Origin: an uncultured bacterium | GTDB taxonomy: Bacteria; Bacillota_I; Bacilli_A; RFN20; CAG-826 | Assembly (NCBI GenBank): GCA_949288485.1 | Contig: CASEKC010000001.1 | Coordinates: 283,806-347,805 of the forward strand | Direction: 5' to 3' | DNA: 64,000 nucleotides | Part shown: positions 30,202 through 40,395 of the stretch, piece by piece | Layout: every line of letters starts with the position of its first letter | How positions within the stretch are numbered: the stretch's first letter is position 1 | Notes under the pieces: generated by a model | What the model was told of the DNA's origin: nothing | Databases searched by the model: none | Seen by the model: the letters and a program-made list of their open reading frames with translations, nothing else | Translations under genes and position numbers: made by a program

Positions 30202-30798
30202 ATGAAAAAGAAATTAAAAATTATTGCTACTCTTTCACTAGTTTCTTTATCATTAACTTCTTGTAACACTGAAGAAATTGGAAATAGAATCCAAGAAGTT
30301 GTTAATAATATGCTCCCAAATCTTTGGGTCACTTTAATGCAACTTGCCATTTTTATTTTTATTGCTCTATTATTTATCTTTTTAGCATACAAACCATTAA
30401 AAAAGAAAATGCAAAAAAGAGCAGATTATATTGAAAATAATATTAAAGAAAGCGAAAGTAAAAAACTTGAAGCTCAAGAAAAAGTTAATCAAGCTCAACA
30501 AATCATCGCTGATAGTGAAAAACAAGCTGGCGAACTTATTAAAGCTGCACAAAAAACAGCCGAAAATAAAGCACAACAATTTGAAAAAGATCTCGCTTTA
30601 ACATTAGAAAAACAAAAAAGACAAGCTCATAAAGATATTGAAGCAGAAAGAGAAAAAATGCTTCAAGAAGCACACGAAGAAATTGTTGATAGCGCAATTG
30701 CTGCTTCAAAAGAAATTTTAAAAAGAAATATCACAAAAGAAGATAATGATAAATTTATTGACGATTTTGTAAATGAATTAAATAAAGGAAATAACTAA
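30202..30798 (+). CDS. atpF: F0 subunit b with N-terminal lipoprotein signal
   Basis: MKKKLKIIATLSLVSLSLTSC, then TM and AYKPLKKKMQKRADYI coiled coil. Confidence 0.95.
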   Translation: MKKKLKIIATLSLVSLSLTSCNTEEIGNRIQEVVNNMLPNLWVTLMQLAIFIFIALLFIFLAYKPLKKKMQKRADYIENNIKESESKKLEAQEKVNQAQQIIADSEKQAGELIKAAQKTAENKAQQFEKDLALTLEKQKRQAHKDIEAEREKMLQEAHEEIVDSAIAASKEILKRNITKEDNDKFIDDFVNELNKGNN

Positions 30799-30800
30799 AA

Positions 30801-31388
30801 ATGAATAACGATTCTCTTATTAGCAAAATGGCTGAAGGTTTTTATCAAAACGCCATTGAAAATAAGTTAGTAACTTTATATCGAGAAGATTTAAAATTTT
30901 TAACACGGAATCTTAAAAAGAATCCAGATTTTTTAATGCTTTTAACTTCTCCTTTTGTTGATGATAAAGAAAAATATAAAGCATTAGACGATACTTTTGG
31001 CGAATTATTAGCTCCAGAGGTATTAATTTTCTCAAAAATGTTAATTAAAAATAAAATTATTAAACAAATCGATGAAGTATATGAAATATTTAATACTCTT
31101 GCTTATAGAGATCAAAATGTTTTAGAAGGTGTTATTTATTCACCATTTCCTTTAGATGAGTCTCAAATTAAAAAAATGGAAGAGGCTTTTGAAAATAAAC
31201 TAGGTAAAAAATGTGTTTTTGAAGTATCTATCGATAAAAGTTTAATTGTCGGATTGAAAGTTTTAATCGATGGAACAATGTATGAACTCAATGCTTCTTC
31301 TCGTTTAGAAGACATGAAACAAAATTTATTGAAAAAATATTTTAAAAAACAAAACGATGATGAAAGGGAGGAGACTAAAAATGAGTGA
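30801..31388 (+). CDS. atpH: F1 subunit delta
   Basis: [22 protein letters not shown]; operon position. Confidence 0.93.
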   Translation: MNNDSLISKMAEGFYQNAIENKLVTLYREDLKFLTRNLKKNPDFLMLLTSPFVDDKEKYKALDDTFGELLAPEVLIFSKMLIKNKIIKQIDEVYEIFNTLAYRDQNVLEGVIYSPFPLDESQIKKMEEAFENKLGKKCVFEVSIDKSLIVGLKVLIDGTMYELNASSRLEDMKQNLLKKYFKKQNDDEREETKNE

Positions 31389-32928
31389 TAACAAAAACTT
31401 AAATTCTCTTTCAGAAATTATTAAAGATGAATTAAATAAATATGAACACAAAATAGATACTTCTAACGTTGGCCAAGTTGTTAGTGTTGGTGATTGTATC
31501 GCTACAATTTATGGACTTGATAATGCGATGTATGGGGAACTTATCGAATTTCCAAATGATAACTATGGAATGGTTATGAATATTGAAGAAGAAAGTATCG
31601 GTTGTTCTCTTTTTGGAAGTGTTATTAATATTAAAGAAGGCGATACATGCCAAAGAACTGGAAAAGTTGTTTCAGTTCCAGTTGGTGATGCTCTTTTAGG
31701 TAGAGTTGTAAATTCTCTTGGTCAACCAATTGATGGGAGAGGGCCTATAAAAGCAAGTGGATATCGTCCAGCAGAAATGCCTGCTCCTCAAATTATGGAT
31801 AGACAAAGTGTCAATGAACCACTTGAAACAGGTATTAAAGCAATCGATTCAATGATTCCAATTGGAAAAGGACAAAGAGAATTAATTATTGGGGATAGAC
31901 AAACAGGGAAAACCGCTTTAGCAATAGATACTATTATCAATCAAAAAGGAAAAGATGTAATTTGTGTTTATTGTTCAATCGGACAAAAAAACTCTTCTTT
32001 AGCACAAATTGTCGATCGTTTAAAAAGATTTGATGCTTTTGAATATACAGTCATTGTTAATGCTAGTGCGGCTGAACCTGCACCAATGCAATATTTAGCC
32101 CCATATTCAGCAACTTCTATTGCCGAATATTGGGCTCATCAAGGTAAAAACGTTTTAATTGTTTATGATGATTTATCTAAACATGCTGTCGCCTATAGAA
32201 CACTTCTTCTTTTATTAAGAAGAAGCCCAGGAAGAGAAGCTTATCCTGGAGATATTTTCTATATTCATTCTCGTTTATTAGAAAGAAGTTGCCGATTAAG
32301 TGAAGAACTTAAAGGCGGTTCAATCACTGCTCTTCCAATTGTTGAAACACAAGCCGGAGATATTTCCGCATATATTCCAACAAATATTATTTCTATTACA
32401 GACGGTCAATTGTTTTTAAATAGTGATATGTTTAATAGCGGCCAAAGACCAGCTATTGATTCTGGATTATCCGTTTCACGTGTTGGTAGTGCCGCTCAAT
32501 ATAAAGTCATGAAACAAGTTTCAAAAGATTTAAGAATGGAACTTGCAAACTATCATGAAATGCTCGATTTTTCTAGATTCGGAAGCGATCTTGATAAAGG
32601 AACACAAAAAATATTAACTCATGGTGCGGTTTTACTTGAAACATTAAAGCAAAGACAATATATGCCTCTTTCCCTTGCTCAAGAAGTTGTTGATATTTAT
32701 GTTGCTCAATCAGGCGAGTTAGATGAAATAAAGATTGATAAAATTCATGATGTTTTAAAACTTTTAGATAACTCAATTCTTTCTAAACCAAATAATTTAT
32801 ATGAAAAAATAAATGCAACTAAAGAATTTAATGATGAAGATAAAAAATATGTTATTTCATTATTAAAAACTATTAAATCAACTATAAAAGAAGAAAATAA
32901 AAACGATTTTAATGCAACTAAAGAATAG
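31381..32928 (+). CDS. atpA: F1 subunit alpha
   Basis: [29 protein letters not shown]; start ATG 31381 behind GGAGGAG. Confidence 0.98.
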   Translation: MSDNKNLNSLSEIIKDELNKYEHKIDTSNVGQVVSVGDCIATIYGLDNAMYGELIEFPNDNYGMVMNIEEESIGCSLFGSVINIKEGDTCQRTGKVVSVPVGDALLGRVVNSLGQPIDGRGPIKASGYRPAEMPAPQIMDRQSVNEPLETGIKAIDSMIPIGKGQRELIIGDRQTGKTALAIDTIINQKGKDVICVYCSIGQKNSSLAQIVDRLKRFDAFEYTVIVNASAAEPAPMQYLAPYSATSIAEYWAHQGKNVLIVYDDLSKHAVAYRTLLLLLRRSPGREAYPGDIFYIHSRLLERSCRLSEELKGGSITALPIVETQAGDISAYIPTNIISITDGQLFLNSDMFNSGQRPAIDSGLSVSRVGSAAQYKVMKQVSKDLRMELANYHEMLDFSRFGSDLDKGTQKILTHGAVLLETLKQRQYMPLSLAQEVVDIYVAQSGELDEIKIDKIHDVLKLLDNSILSKPNNLYEKINATKEFNDEDKKYVISLLKTIKSTIKEENKNDFNATKE

Positions 32929-32944
32929 TAATTTTAATTAAAGT

Positions 32945-35327
<2,383 letters not shown>

Positions 35328-35355
35328 CTTTTTATCATTTTAAGATAGTTAATAT

Positions 35356-35775
35356 ATGAATAGTAATGTAATGAAATTAAGAATAGTTACGCCTTATAAA
35401 GTTATCGATTTAGAAAATGTAAAAAGCGTTAACGCTCTAACCGATTTAGGAGAAGTTGAAATTCTTCCTTTTCATTGTTCTTATTTAGCAAACATTGAAA
35501 TATCTGTTTTAACTATTAAATTTTTAGATAAAGAAAAACATTATGCTGTTGGAGGAGGAGCACTCCATTTTATTGAAGAAGAAAATACTCTCGTTTTAAT
35601 TTTAAATTCAATTATTCCAGTTCAAGATATCGATGTTGCTAAAGCTAAGAAAAAACAAATTGAAGCAGAAGCAAAATTAAAAAGAGCTTCTTCTATTTTA
35701 GAACATCGTAAAGCAGAAGTTTCTTTAAGAACATCTTTACTTGAAATAAACGCTAAAAATAACTTCAAAGAATAA
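35356..35775 (+). CDS. atpC: F1 subunit epsilon
   Basis: LRIVTP, GEVEILPFH, AVGGG, DIDVAKA. Confidence 0.95.
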   Translation: MNSNVMKLRIVTPYKVIDLENVKSVNALTDLGEVEILPFHCSYLANIEISVLTIKFLDKEKHYAVGGGALHFIEEENTLVLILNSIIPVQDIDVAKAKKKQIEAEAKLKRASSILEHRKAEVSLRTSLLEINAKNNFKE

Positions 35776-35803
35776 ATATATTATGATATATTTATTAAGC
35801 GTT

Positions 35804-35879
35804 GGGGCTTTAGCTCAGTTGGGAGAGCGCTTCCATGGCATGGAAGAGGTCGCCAGTTCGATCCTGGTAAGCTCCACCA
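35804..35879 (+). tRNA. tRNA-Ala(GGC)
   Basis: GGGGCTTTAGCTCAGTTGGGAGAGCG, arm CTTCC-ATGGCAT-GGAAG, G3:U70 pair, CCA. Confidence 0.97.
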
Positions 35880-35890
35880 AAATATAGATT

Positions 35891-35916
35891 AACACGATTT
35901 ATATCGTGTTTTTTTT
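35891..35916 (+). terminator. Terminator after tRNA-Ala
   Basis: AACACGAT-TTAT-ATCGTGTT plus T-run. Confidence 0.85.
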
Positions 35917-35936
35917 ATTTCCACGTGTAAATTATA

Positions 35937-35985
35937 ATATATTACTAGAATACTTAATATTAATATCAATTAAGCTAGTTTCATT
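35937..35985. repeat. 49-bp direct repeat, copy 1
   Basis: ATATATTACTAGAATACTTAATATTAATATCAATTAAGCTAGTTTCATT; 48/49 identical to 39645-39693. Confidence 0.9.
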
Positions 35986-36034
35986 TAAAACGATTGTATT
36001 TTCAGTATTATAAATATTAAATTCATTTATTAAA

Positions 36035-36415
36035 TTAAAACGAATTATAAAAAGTAAAACTAATTCCGAAGATAAACAAAATAGTCGATAAAAGAAAAAT
36101 TATTAAAGATATATAAAAAGGAAACTCTTTATAATTCCTTAATATAAGTTTTGATATATAAAGAGTATTAAAAACTATTCCTCCAATATTCAACAAAGTT
36201 AACAAAATTGCTAAAATTGGCACTCTCTCAATCATCAAATAATTAATAACATAAACAGACGAAGAATCACTATCAATGATTTTATCTACATATACACCAA
36301 ATGAGGTGAAGGTAAGTATTAAATAAATTATCGAAAAAAACATAAAAATAATACTTAAAATTATAGATTTATCATTTTTAAAAAGTATTTTTATTTTTTC
36401 AATCATTTGCTTCAT
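36035..36415 (-). CDS. Small three-TM membrane protein, paralogue of 36452-36790
   Basis: Shared pattern TF..F...VD.....SS.Y..N......P.....T.....GI..NTL.......K..PFY..II. Confidence 0.8.
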   Translation of the reverse strand: MKQMIEKIKILFKNDKSIILSIIFMFFSIIYLILTFTSFGVYVDKIIDSDSSSVYVINYLMIERVPILAILLTLLNIGGIVFNTLYISKLILRNYKEFPFYISLIIFLLSTILFIFGISFTFYNSF

Positions 36416-36451
36416 TTTTTTGAAAAACCTTTATTATAAAATTGTGATTTT

Positions 36452-36790
36452 TTACCTAGTTTGAACAACAAAACTATTTATACCGCCTATTATAAAGAAG
36501 ATAAAACTTAGCGATAGAAAAATAATAGCTAGATAAAACGGATATCTTTTTTCAGTAGATATAATATCTCCAAGAGTTAAAGTATTAACAATTATTCCAC
36601 TAACACTGCTAATTGTTATTAATGCACACATAAGCGGGGAATTACTAACAATTGAAATGTTGTAAAAATAAATAGAACTTTCGCTTATAGGAGGATGGTA
36701 ATCAACGACAGTTTTAAAATTTACGAATGTAAATACCAATAATAAAATTTCTAAAAATAAAAATGTAATTAAAATAATCTTTTTAGTCAT
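36452..36790 (-). CDS. Small three-TM membrane protein, paralogue of 36035-36415
   Basis: Same pattern; ATGA overlap with upstream peptidase stop. Confidence 0.8.
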   Translation of the reverse strand: MTKKIILITFLFLEILLLVFTFVNFKTVVDYHPPISESSIYFYNISIVSNSPLMCALITISSVSGIIVNTLTLGDIISTEKRYPFYLAIIFLSLSFIFFIIGGINSFVVQTR

Positions 36791-37968
36791 AAGTTATTAT
36801 ATTCCTCAACTTTCCCACAAGGGCAAATAGATTTATTCGTTTGTGTATTTATATAATTATTTGAATGTTTATGTACGTCACTTTTAAACTCAATATCGAT
36901 TGAACCAAACTCATAAAAATTAGTGCCTGATTCATGACCATTGTCAAAGGTTTCCCACCATGTTTTAGCAATGTGCCCCCATCCAGTATGAACATAAACG
37001 AAATCTGAGTCGTAAGCAAAAGCAACTGTTGAATGTCCACAACCATTGGTTATAACCGGCCTATTTTCTTTAATAGTATTTTTAATTATATCTATATTTC
37101 TTCCTGAAAAAATATCTGACAGATTTCCTTCACAAGTATTTAAAACATAATTATCACCATCAAAACCACGAGACATTAAATAACGATTAACAAAATCAAT
37201 ATGAGCTTTAGTACCTAAACCATTGCCAGGATCATCGTACCATACATTATCTTTTAAAAATAAGTAAAGATAATCATGAAATGCACTAACCTCAAATTCA
37301 TCGGTGCCAGGTGATTGATTAAAACTTCTTATATTATTCGTACTATGTTCTTCTTTTGTAGGAATATCATATGTATCTAATACTAAACTGTCATTAACAA
37401 ATGTATCATAGTAACCTAAAAGTATCTGAGTCGAGACAATAAAACATGTCCCATCACTATTTTGACCATGCTTATTCCTTAACTTTTCAAAATAAAACGA
37501 ATTATTAATCTTTGTAGCACTTGTTGGAATACTGTATATCTCTTCATAATCTCCAGCTTCGAAATTTAATTCTGCAATTTTATGTAAATTGTCATCTTCA
37601 ATTATTATATCGCTATTTAAATCAATGAAATTCCTTCCATTAAAAACAATTTCGTTAATATCCCCTTTCTCAGCAAAAATTTTTAAGAATTTTTGATCAT
37701 AAGATTCATATGGAAAAAATGATTGCTCCCATTTCTTTGTTACTTCACCATTCAATTTGTTCTCTAAAATATAATTGTCATCATATTTATACAATGTGTA
37801 TTTATTAGCGCCACTTGGTGTATAGACTTCATCAATATATTGTTTTCTTAAATTTATAGTATTGCTTTTTAAATTACTATTTTCTAAATTATCATAATTT
37901 ACAAATGACCTGACATTTGTTGCCTCAAATAAAGAAGCCAAAGCAATACCGAGTAAATATTCAACCAT
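36787..37968 (-). CDS. Putative secreted papain-fold cysteine peptidase (C10/C39-like)
   Basis: GQNSDGTC (Cys), RPVI..GCGHSTVAFAY (His), VYVHTGWG; hydrophobic N-terminus; AGGAGG RBS. Confidence 0.7.
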   Translation of the reverse strand: MVEYLLGIALASLFEATNVRSFVNYDNLENSNLKSNTINLRKQYIDEVYTPSGANKYTLYKYDDNYILENKLNGEVTKKWEQSFFPYESYDQKFLKIFAEKGDINEIVFNGRNFIDLNSDIIIEDDNLHKIAELNFEAGDYEEIYSIPTSATKINNSFYFEKLRNKHGQNSDGTCFIVSTQILLGYYDTFVNDSLVLDTYDIPTKEEHSTNNIRSFNQSPGTDEFEVSAFHDYLYLFLKDNVWYDDPGNGLGTKAHIDFVNRYLMSRGFDGDNYVLNTCEGNLSDIFSGRNIDIIKNTIKENRPVITNGCGHSTVAFAYDSDFVYVHTGWGHIAKTWWETFDNGHESGTNFYEFGSIDIEFKSDVHKHSNNYINTQTNKSICPCGKVEEYNNL

Positions 37969-38132
37969 AAAAACCTCCTTAATCTCATGCGATTGATATT
38001 AATAATATTAACTTTATAATATATTTAACTATGATTGATAATCAAAATAATTATTACTTTTTTATTGTTCTTATTTCGAACATTTGATTTTTATCGCATT
38101 TTTATAGGCTTTTAGATAAAATATTTATTAGT

Positions 38133-38639
38133 ATGATTGATAAAAAAGTAATAGGACAAAATATTAAAAATATTAGATATAAGTTGGGGTTAAGTCAAGA
38201 TGAATTTTCATCAAAAATATTTATATCAAGGTCATCACTATCAAAAATTGAAAATGGTAAGCAACTTATTGATTTAGATTTATCAATAACTATTTCAGAA
38301 ACTTTTAATGTCCCTTTAAGTGAAATTTTAAAAGGTTCTTATAAAGAAAATAAAGAATCAACAATTAACTCAAATTATAAATTTAAAGTTTATTTTAATA
38401 TTTCTTTATTATCACTTATTTTAATACTTCTACTTTTTCAATATTTTTATTCGCTTTCTAACAAGCTTTATTATAATCAAGTTTATTCATCATTATGGCG
38501 GTATTTTAAATTTGACCAACCATATTTAATATTGTTTAACCTTTTGTTTTATTTTTTGCTTATTTTAGAAATAATATCTTTTGTTTTACTTATAAGGAGT
38601 TTAATTAATGTTAAAAAATTTGAAAATAGTCGTAATTAA
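38133..38639 (+). CDS. XRE-family HTH regulator with two C-terminal TM helices
   Basis: IGQNIKNIRYKLGLSQDEF...ISRSSLSKIENG...FNVPLSEIL followed by two hydrophobic helices. Confidence 0.9.
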   Translation: MIDKKVIGQNIKNIRYKLGLSQDEFSSKIFISRSSLSKIENGKQLIDLDLSITISETFNVPLSEILKGSYKENKESTINSNYKFKVYFNISLLSLILILLLFQYFYSLSNKLYYNQVYSSLWRYFKFDQPYLILFNLLFYFLLILEIISFVLLIRSLINVKKFENSRN

Positions 38640-39606
38640 TTTAATATCAATTTTTAGTTTTTGCACTTTTTCTTCTTGCGCTAAAGAAAATGCAAGTGAA
38701 TATACGAAAATTGATTTTATTAATGATTTTGATTTAAGCAATAATCTTATTTATAAAGTCAAAGATAATATCCATTCTCTTAATTTCACTTTTAATAGTC
38801 TTTCTTTTTTTAATAATATTTATTCAAATAAAAAATATATTATTGAGATTGGAAAATTAAACTTTGAAAAAAGTTTATCTATAAACGAAATAAAATTAAA
38901 ATCTTCTTTTGCTATAACTCCCTTAGCTTTAAAAGAAGCAATAAAATATATAGAAAAAATATATACAAATAATGATTCAAAAACATTTTTTTATTTTAAT
39001 GAAAACATAAATGAAGATTTAATTGAACATAATGTTTCATTTACTGTATTAAATAAAAACAATAATCTTTTAGGAATTTTAAAAGAAGATTTTTACATTT
39101 TTAAAAGTAATATAGATAATAATATTTACTATTCATTATTTAGTGATTATATTTTTTATCCTTATAATAATCGATATCGTATTAAAAAATTTAGCGATGA
39201 TTATTTAGTTAATCATTATGTTTATGAAAGATATCAATTTCCTTTAAATAGAAATATTAAAAATTTAAATGAATTTAATGATGAACTTTTTGTATCCTTT
39301 TCTAATAAAAATATAGATTTTTATATTAAAAATTCTTTTAATAGTTTTTCACCCAATATTAAAACCGAAGCAACTATATTAAATACAAATATATCATACG
39401 AATTTATTAACCCATCATCGAACAAATTCCCTTATATGGGATACTATTCCTCACCTATTTCTTTTTGTAGCTTTCTTTCGTTAAAAAAAGATAATTTAAA
39501 TGAAGAATTAAAAATAAATAAAAATATGGGCGTTTCAATATTAAAGTCAAATGGAAGTATTTTTGATAACGAAGAATATTCTTTTACATTAACAAGTTTT
39601 CTTTAA
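38608..39606 (+). CDS. Hypothetical lipoprotein
   Basis: Lipobox-like FSSC; 332-aa ORF overlapping the XRE gene by 32 nt. Confidence 0.7.
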   Translation: MLKNLKIVVINLISIFSFCTFSSCAKENASEYTKIDFINDFDLSNNLIYKVKDNIHSLNFTFNSLSFFNNIYSNKKYIIEIGKLNFEKSLSINEIKLKSSFAITPLALKEAIKYIEKIYTNNDSKTFFYFNENINEDLIEHNVSFTVLNKNNNLLGILKEDFYIFKSNIDNNIYYSLFSDYIFYPYNNRYRIKKFSDDYLVNHYVYERYQFPLNRNIKNLNEFNDELFVSFSNKNIDFYIKNSFNSFSPNIKTEATILNTNISYEFINPSSNKFPYMGYYSSPISFCSFLSLKKDNLNEELKINKNMGVSILKSNGSIFDNEEYSFTLTSFL

Positions 39607-39642
39607 AATGATCTTTTATTAATTAATAATATTATTGAAAAA

Positions 39643-40212
39643 CTATATATTACTAGAATACTTAATATTAATATCAATTAAACTAGTTTCATTAAAGATT
39701 GATGTATCTAAATATAAATAATATAAATTATAAGAAGAATCTTGATAAACTTTTATTCCTTCTTCTAACTTATCATCAATAATAAAATCAATACTGATTT
39801 TATTATTGAATAAATTATTTTTAATAGATACATAATAAGTAGGATATGAAGATGAATGAGTTATAATCAAAGTTTCAATTATCATTTTATTAACTAATTC
39901 ATTTTTAGTTAATAATCCTAGACTACCTTTATTTTCTTGAATAATCTCATAAAATGTTGAAATACGTTTATAATATTCTTCATAACCAAGTTTTTTATAT
40001 TTTAAAGAGTCATTTTCTAAATATTCATTAATAATATCAGATAATGTAAATTCATTTTCATTTGTCTTCCCAGGAATCGCAAAAAAACGAAAATGGCCAG
40101 CTTCTTTTTCTAAGTTATTAATCTTAAAATCTTTATTAATATTATTACAAGAAGTTAAAATATTAAATAATAGAATAAACGATATAGCTTTAATAAAATT
40201 TCTTTTTTTCAT
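39643..40212 (-). CDS. Hypothetical lipoprotein
   Basis: MKKRNFIKAISFILLFNILTSC lipobox. Confidence 0.75.
   Translation of the reverse strand: MKKRNFIKAISFILLFNILTSCNNINKDFKINNLEKEAGHFRFFAIPGKTNENEFTLSDIINEYLENDSLKYKKLGYEEYYKRISTFYEIIQENKGSLGLLTKNELVNKMIIETLIITHSSSYPTYYVSIKNNLFNNKISIDFIIDDKLEEGIKVYQDSSYNLYYLYLDTSIFNETSLIDINIKYSSNI
39645..39693. repeat. 49-bp direct repeat, copy 2 (3' end of the 189-aa lipoprotein gene)
   Basis: ATATATTACTAGAATACTTAATATTAATATCAATTAAACTAGTTTCATT. Confidence 0.9.
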
Positions 40213-40299
40213 ATTTTTTATACCTTTTATTAAAATAAGAAAAAAATAACTTAGTTTTGGTGCATAAATTTTGATTTTTAAATAAAAAATATAATAAAT

Positions 40300-40377
40300 T
40301 GGCGCCCACGAGAGGATTCGAACTTCCGACTTTCACCTTAGGAGGGTGCTACTCTATCCAAGCTGAGTTACGTGGGC
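40300..40377 (-). tRNA. tRNA-Arg(CCT)
   Basis: Acceptor GCCCACG/CGTGGGC, arm GCACC-CTCCTAA-GGTGA, TTCGAAT, CCA. Confidence 0.92.
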
Positions 40378-40395
40378 ACTTTTTATATTATATAT

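Noticed and set aside
35771-35796. AT palindrome between atpC and tRNA-Ala
   Set aside because: Pure A/T arms that could arise by chance; no function supportable.
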